Source of the DNA: Patescibacteria group bacterium | GTDB lineage: Bacteria; Patescibacteriota; Patescibacteriia; JAXHNJ01 | Length of the DNA: 64,000 bases | Assembly: GCA_043812155.1 (NCBI GenBank) | Contig: JBDRMK010000017.1 | Location: forward strand, 13,824 to 77,823 | Direction of reading: 5' to 3' | In this document: one piece after another, positions 59,597 through 64,000 of the stretch | How the letters are laid out: each line of letters begins with the position of its first letter | Position numbering within the stretch: position 1 is the stretch's first letter | Notes under the pieces: model-generated | The model's database searches: none | What the model was told of the DNA's origin: nothing | What the model saw: only the letters and a program-made list of their open reading frames with translations | Position numbers and translations under genes: made by a program

Positions 59597-60223
59597 TTAT
59601 TTTATCAACTCCTCGTTAATGATCTTCTTTAGTTGTTCATAGGTCGGCAATTCGGTGAACACATATTGATTGACGTAAAAATGCGGAGTCCCGTTCACCC
59701 CCAAGCCTGTTCCCTCGTTAATATCCGCCTCAATTAATTTTATGGTTTCGTGGTTGTTCACGCAACTGGCAAATCTATCTATATCCAAACCGATTTCCTC
59801 CGCCAAGACCACATACAAATCACTCGATAGATTTCTCTGATTCTCGAAGATCTTGTCATGCATCTCCCAGAATTTCCCCTGTTTTTGGCTGCAGCGGGCG
59901 ACCTCCGCCGCGGTCATAGCCTGGGCATGAATGCTGTAAATAGGAAAATCTTTCCAAACGATCCGGATATCCTCTTTATATTCCTCTTTTAATTTATTGA
60001 AAGAAACAGCCAGCTCGGCGCAAAATGGGCATTCAAAATCGCCGAATTCTATAATCTGAATTTTAGCCTTTTTATCGCCTAGGGTCGGAGACTGGCGGCT
60101 TACTTCCGGAAAATCATATGTTTTCGTTTTTCTGGAAAAAGAAAAAACGGAGATCGCCAAAATCAGCAAAACAACCAGGCTTAAGACAATGAGAATATTA
60201 ATGCTTAATTTTGATTTATTCAT
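59597..60223 (-). CDS. DsbA-like thiol:disulfide oxidoreductase (thioredoxin fold), membrane-anchored
   Basis: CPFC active site in EFGDFECPFCAEL, with an N-terminal TM. Confidence 0.7.
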   Translation of the reverse strand: MNKSKLSINILIVLSLVVLLILAISVFSFSRKTKTYDFPEVSRQSPTLGDKKAKIQIIEFGDFECPFCAELAVSFNKLKEEYKEDIRIVWKDFPIYSIHAQAMTAAEVARCSQKQGKFWEMHDKIFENQRNLSSDLYVVLAEEIGLDIDRFASCVNNHETIKLIEADINEGTGLGVNGTPHFYVNQYVFTELPTYEQLKKIINEELIK

Positions 60224-60230
60224 GAAAGGC

Positions 60231-61475
60231 TTATTTCAGTCTGATTTGGTAGAGCCGGCCGGTCGTTTGATCGGTAAAGTATAGCAGGTCTTCGCCTGAA
60301 GAAAGAAAGATCTTATCCGCCGTAAAAGTGCCGTAACCCGAACTATCGACCGGGAGAGCAAGAAGAGTTTTTACCCCCGTATTTAAGTCGATTTTATAAA
60401 ACTCATCAGCCACGCCATTGGTTATTTCCGGATAAAGATCGCTGCCGGAAGGCAAATAGGTGGGCACGGCGCAGTATATGGTGTCTAAACTGCCAAAGGC
60501 GCATTTATCCGGCCAGGTCTGGATGTCTAATTCCTGGGGCGATCCGCCTAGATTGGCCAGGGTGCCGTCCATCACCCAAAGAGTGGGGTTATAACTGGTG
60601 TTTGAGCTGGAAATACTGTATAGGATTTTATCACCGCCCGGAGACCAGCGGCCGTTAAAATTAAGGCCGTCAACTTTTACCGCCGGAAAATTTTCATTAT
60701 TCAGGCCTAAAAAAATAATATCTTGTTCCGTCGACGTGCTGGTATCCGTATAGTAGGCCACCATCTGGTTGTTCGGCGACCAGTCAACTTTGACTAGATT
60801 CGTCTTATCGCCCAAAGCCTCCACTACTTGGGCGCCGGAGCCGTCAGGGTTGGAGACCGCGAGCCAATTTTCATCAGGCTGGGCTCCCACATATTTATAG
60901 GCGATTTGACTGCCGGAAGGAGAAAAAGAAAATTCAGTGGTTTCCCTCGGCAAACTATACTGTTTATCCTGGTTGAAATCATAGACAATTTTTGACCCGT
61001 CAGGGAAACTCAAAACCGCTTTATCGCGTGCCGGCGACCAATAGATTTTATCCACCTGAGGATACTTTTGCTGGGTTAAAAGGGTTTCGCTGGAGCCGTC
61101 GGCCGCTTTCTTTTTGAACTCGCCGGTGTATTTATCATAATAAATAATATCTTTTTTATTGCCGGCCATCACCAGATCCTGAGTGCTCTGGCTGATGATC
61201 TCTTTGGCCGAGGTATAACCGCCCGCCGCCACTTCCGAAGGCGGCTGATAAACGCCGTTGATATTGGGCAAAACCCCATTGACATTCGCTTGGCCGTTTA
61301 TATTGGCCTCCGGCCGATTGATAAGATTCACATTGGGCAGCACCCCGTTGACATTATAATTGCTGATGTTGGCATTCGGCGTCGGCGCAAAAAACAGGCG
61401 GAAAACAAAATAGCCGAAACCGACGGCTATGCCGAGAAAAATGACGACTAAAACGATTTTTTTCCAAAGAGTCAT
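60231..61475 (-). CDS. Membrane-anchored TolB-like (PD40) beta-propeller protein
   Basis: N-terminal TM, then PD40-like repeats (WSPARDKAVLSFPDGSKIVYDF..., WSPGGDKILYSI...). Paralogous in architecture to the 2794-4164 ORF. Confidence 0.5.
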   Translation of the reverse strand: MTLWKKIVLVVIFLGIAVGFGYFVFRLFFAPTPNANISNYNVNGVLPNVNLINRPEANINGQANVNGVLPNINGVYQPPSEVAAGGYTSAKEIISQSTQDLVMAGNKKDIIYYDKYTGEFKKKAADGSSETLLTQQKYPQVDKIYWSPARDKAVLSFPDGSKIVYDFNQDKQYSLPRETTEFSFSPSGSQIAYKYVGAQPDENWLAVSNPDGSGAQVVEALGDKTNLVKVDWSPNNQMVAYYTDTSTSTEQDIIFLGLNNENFPAVKVDGLNFNGRWSPGGDKILYSISSSNTSYNPTLWVMDGTLANLGGSPQELDIQTWPDKCAFGSLDTIYCAVPTYLPSGSDLYPEITNGVADEFYKIDLNTGVKTLLALPVDSSGYGTFTADKIFLSSGEDLLYFTDQTTGRLYQIRLK

Positions 61476-61484
61476 AAATTTTAT

Positions 61485-62813
61485 TTATTGAAAATTTACC
61501 ATTGTTAAATCCAAAGGCACGCAACATTTATTACTGCAGGAGGCTTGTCCAGTTTTATAATTCCCAGGCATGTTATTAAAACCAGTGCTCAAACCTAAAA
61601 TAGCGTCATTACAGCTCACTTCTTCATAATTAAATTTTGGGATTAAATTACAGGCCACCAACGAACAGACAATGTCGCTTTTACTGATAGAGGCGCAGCA
61701 AACCGCATCTAAACCAAAACCAACCCGGTTAGTGTCATTGCAGGGAAAAGTCATTTTTACGATTTTGCCGGTATAAGGCACGTCGGATTCAATTTCCTTG
61801 GGTTCCCCTTTATCCCAGCAAGCGGTTTCCGAATCGTTATTGGAGCCGCCGTACTGGCAAGAAATTCTTAGTTTCGTACTACTGCCGCAGGTTTTCAAAA
61901 TATTCGGATCCATCAAATAGCCAAAGTAACATTTATCCGGATAACCAATGGTTGGCATCCAGGACGTCGCGATCATTTTTAATTTAGTCGTTCGGTCAAT
62001 CTGCCGGCAAATATAGGAAGGGTAGCCACCAGCCTTACTAAAGACATCGTCAATCTGCTGACATTTGCCCGGCTCCGTGTTCTCGCAAAGCTCTTTCGCG
62101 TTTTGACAGTTAAAGGTGTCATTGTCGAAATTCGGGCCGCAAACTTCACCCGTTACCGAACAATAATGGCCGAGGCATTCCCCGCTGCCGTCTTTAAATT
62201 GTAAAATTTTCCCGCAATCCAATGCTGGGCTGTCTTTAGTCAGAGTAACGCCGGCTTTTTGATACTCATCATAAATAGCCAGCTTATCCAAAGTGAATTG
62301 CCGGCAAAAAACCGCGGAAAGATATTCCGATTTAACCGGCGTCAGATAAAGGCTGTTAAAACTTACAAGATCCGGATTAATGGTCCTTAAAAGAACATAA
62401 GAAGTAAGGGTTAAAACTAACCCTATTAGCGCGCCGTTCATGGTGGATTTGGCTTTTTCGATCCGGCTGGCGTTGCCCGAGGCCGTGACCCACTGGAAAC
62501 CGGAAAATAATATCATCACCGTCGCTAAAATTCCGGCGGCGCCGGCGAAATATTTGTAAAATTGGGAGATGTATTCACCGATATCATTAACACAGTATTT
62601 CCCCTGGCTTTTATAAGGCTCCGTCTGGCAGGGCTCGGTGAAACCGTAGATAGGAACCTGCAAAGGGATTTCTTTAATAAAGGTTTCGGTCGCGGCCTGA
62701 GCCTTGACTTCCACGGGTTTAAAGAATAATATGGTAATTAAAAAAACGGGAAGAAGAATAACAAATAATTTTTTTTGATACGGCATACAATAAATATGAT
62801 TAAAAAATTTCAC
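61485..62813 (-). CDS. Mosaic envelope protein sharing the 2-TM core with 58382-59596 but carrying a different Cys-rich C-terminal domain
   Basis: 58 of 62 aa are identical in the core block. The DNA is about 85% identical over roughly 150 bp (62399-62585 vs 59032-59221). The flanking domains are unrelated. Confidence 0.55.
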   Translation of the reverse strand: MKFFNHIYCMPYQKKLFVILLPVFLITILFFKPVEVKAQAATETFIKEIPLQVPIYGFTEPCQTEPYKSQGKYCVNDIGEYISQFYKYFAGAAGILATVMILFSGFQWVTASGNASRIEKAKSTMNGALIGLVLTLTSYVLLRTINPDLVSFNSLYLTPVKSEYLSAVFCRQFTLDKLAIYDEYQKAGVTLTKDSPALDCGKILQFKDGSGECLGHYCSVTGEVCGPNFDNDTFNCQNAKELCENTEPGKCQQIDDVFSKAGGYPSYICRQIDRTTKLKMIATSWMPTIGYPDKCYFGYLMDPNILKTCGSSTKLRISCQYGGSNNDSETACWDKGEPKEIESDVPYTGKIVKMTFPCNDTNRVGFGLDAVCCASISKSDIVCSLVACNLIPKFNYEEVSCNDAILGLSTGFNNMPGNYKTGQASCSNKCCVPLDLTMVNFQ

Positions 62814-62826
62814 AGATTATTATTAT

Positions 62827-63534
62827 TTATTTGCAGACTTTAAAGATCCCTCCAGATTCTCCTATCATCCGAAAGAATGCGGCCGCCTGTAAGTAACCCA
62901 TATCGCTTCTGAAACCACAGGGATCATTCTTGGCGTAAATGATTAAACCCGCCAATATTACACCCACGACAATGACAATAAAAATAATCAACCATATCCA
63001 CCAGCTAACTGATAACAAGGCGGCGCCGATCGGTCCAATAACCACGCGAAGAAGCCACTGCCAACCTTTTTTCACCGCTTGTTTTGCCCCCTCCTTGATC
63101 ATTTTCTGCAGGTATTCTTTTTTCGCTTTTTCTAAGTCTTGTCTAAATTTTCTCGCCCAATTAGATTGTTCGTCATCTCCGGAAGGAGGATAAGAAAGGT
63201 TGACAGAATCATCATCATCGGACGATTCGCCTCCTGTCTTTTTTTCCGCCGGCGATTGGGGGAACGGCGCAGACGAGGGAGACGGATTAATCCCTTTTCC
63301 TTTTTCCTCCTCTCCGCCACCCTTTTTCTCGTCCGGCGGATAAGAATAATTAGAAGGCGACTCCTCGTCCGGCGATTCAGGGGACGGTTCGGCTGATGAT
63401 TCAGGATAATTAACCGGCGAAGGCGACGGCTGACTGCCTTCTCTTTTGCTGGCTAATTTCCGACTGTCAAGCTCGCGGGCAATATTCCTCTCTTGATTAT
63501 TTCGATTAAGATTTTTTTTTGGTTTTGGCGGCAT
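62827..63534 (-). CDS. Membrane protein with a disordered Ser/Pro/Glu-rich N-terminus containing SYPP repeats
   Basis: 235 aa with C-terminal TM helices (WWIWLIIFIVIVVGVILAGLII). Confidence 0.4.
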   Translation of the reverse strand: MPPKPKKNLNRNNQERNIARELDSRKLASKREGSQPSPSPVNYPESSAEPSPESPDEESPSNYSYPPDEKKGGGEEEKGKGINPSPSSAPFPQSPAEKKTGGESSDDDDSVNLSYPPSGDDEQSNWARKFRQDLEKAKKEYLQKMIKEGAKQAVKKGWQWLLRVVIGPIGAALLSVSWWIWLIIFIVIVVGVILAGLIIYAKNDPCGFRSDMGYLQAAAFFRMIGESGGIFKVCK

Positions 63535-63551
63535 ATAAAAAAACCTTTTGT

Positions 63552-64000
63552 CTATTGGGTATTAATTTTATCTTGCCAGGTCGCCTGATTGACCAGCCAG
63601 GTCTCGCCCTCTTTTTTAAATTGTAAAAGTAAATTTTGAAAATAACTGGCCGTTTCGGCGGTTTCGTTTCTCTCTGTCCGCTGGGCCGTTACCTGGCAAT
63701 TCGCTTTTTGGGGAGTTATACCGGTAATATTTTCGGCGACCACTTTGGTAAAAATGGCGAAATACGGGGCGTTTACCGCTTTCACCTGCTCCCGGGCGAC
63801 AAACTGATCAGTTTCGTTCTGCAAAGAAGCGGTCATCCCGCTTTTTAAATCGATAAAGCTCTGAAAATCATTATTGTTCGAGTAACTGCCGTAGCGTTCG
63901 GCAAAAGTAAAGCAGATTTCTTTAATAATGGCTTCATCCGTAATTACGGCGGCGTTGGTATTTTGGTTTGAGTTAATATTGCCATCCGCGTTAGCGTTTG
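63552..64000 (-). CDS. Hypothetical protein, 5' end beyond the window edge
   Basis: The reading frame stays open upstream of the listed Met to position 64000 (..NANADGNINSNQNTNAAVITDEAIIKEICF..). Confidence 0.35.
   Translation of the reverse strand, partial: NANADGNINSNQNTNAAVITDEAIIKEICFTFAERYGSYSNNNDFQSFIDLKSGMTASLQNETDQFVAREQVKAVNAPYFAIFTKVVAENITGITPQKANCQVTAQRTERNETAETASYFQNLLLQFKKEGETWLVNQATWQDKINTQ

Overview
AT-rich, gene-dense bacterial fragment with the character of a small-genome episymbiont (Candidate Phyla Radiation / Patescibacteria-like). This lineage call is an inference from compositional and gene-content features, not a database hit.

Features by coordinate, nearly all on the minus strand up to 9.4 kb:
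- 1-8.4 kb: str/S10 ribosomal region (rpsL, rpsG, fusA, tuf, rpsJ, rplC, rplD), interrupted by an AT-richer insertion of two paralogous small acidic proteins plus a diverged pseudo-copy of the fusA 5' end, and by a membrane beta-propeller gene.
- 8.7-11.3 kb: M50 protease, rpmB, a tRNA-Pro(GGG) locus with an orphan canonical tRNA 5' half and a hairpin, and a P-loop protein.
- 12-15.3 kb: GC-rich islet with Cys-rich small proteins, a tiny Cys-rich peptide ORF and an ABC exporter pair.
- 15.3-23.2 kb: HAD hydrolase, orphan response regulators, a TruB-NUDIX fusion, a T4 DenV-like glycosylase, ndk, gatCA and ligA.
- 23.2-37.5 kb: a complete type IV pilus/competence locus (pilD, pseudopilins, pilins, pilC, a PilT-like ATPase with degenerate catalytic motifs, pilB, pilM/N/O/P-like). 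REP-like palindromic repeats with a RAYT-type (IS200-like) transposase sit inside it.
- 37.6-45 kb: three giant Cys-rich or beta-helical secreted proteins.
- 45-50.6 kb: lemA, htpX, clpC-like, comF.
- 50.6-52.1 kb: tRNA cluster (Ser-GCT, Ser-TGA, Arg-GCG) containing a mini GIY-YIG element flanked by a 14-nt repeat of the tRNA-Ser 3' end, and a degenerate tRNA-like remnant.
- 52.2-57 kb: GC-rich islets with an M20 peptidase and small CxxC proteins, and a 480-bp non-coding region.
- 54-64 kb: recG, radA and a terminal envelope cluster. The cluster holds two mosaic Cys-rich membrane proteins that share a near-identical 2-TM core (one carries an M15/VanY-like peptidase domain), plus a DsbA-like oxidoreductase and a TolB-like propeller.

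No rRNA genes or CRISPR arrays were seen.
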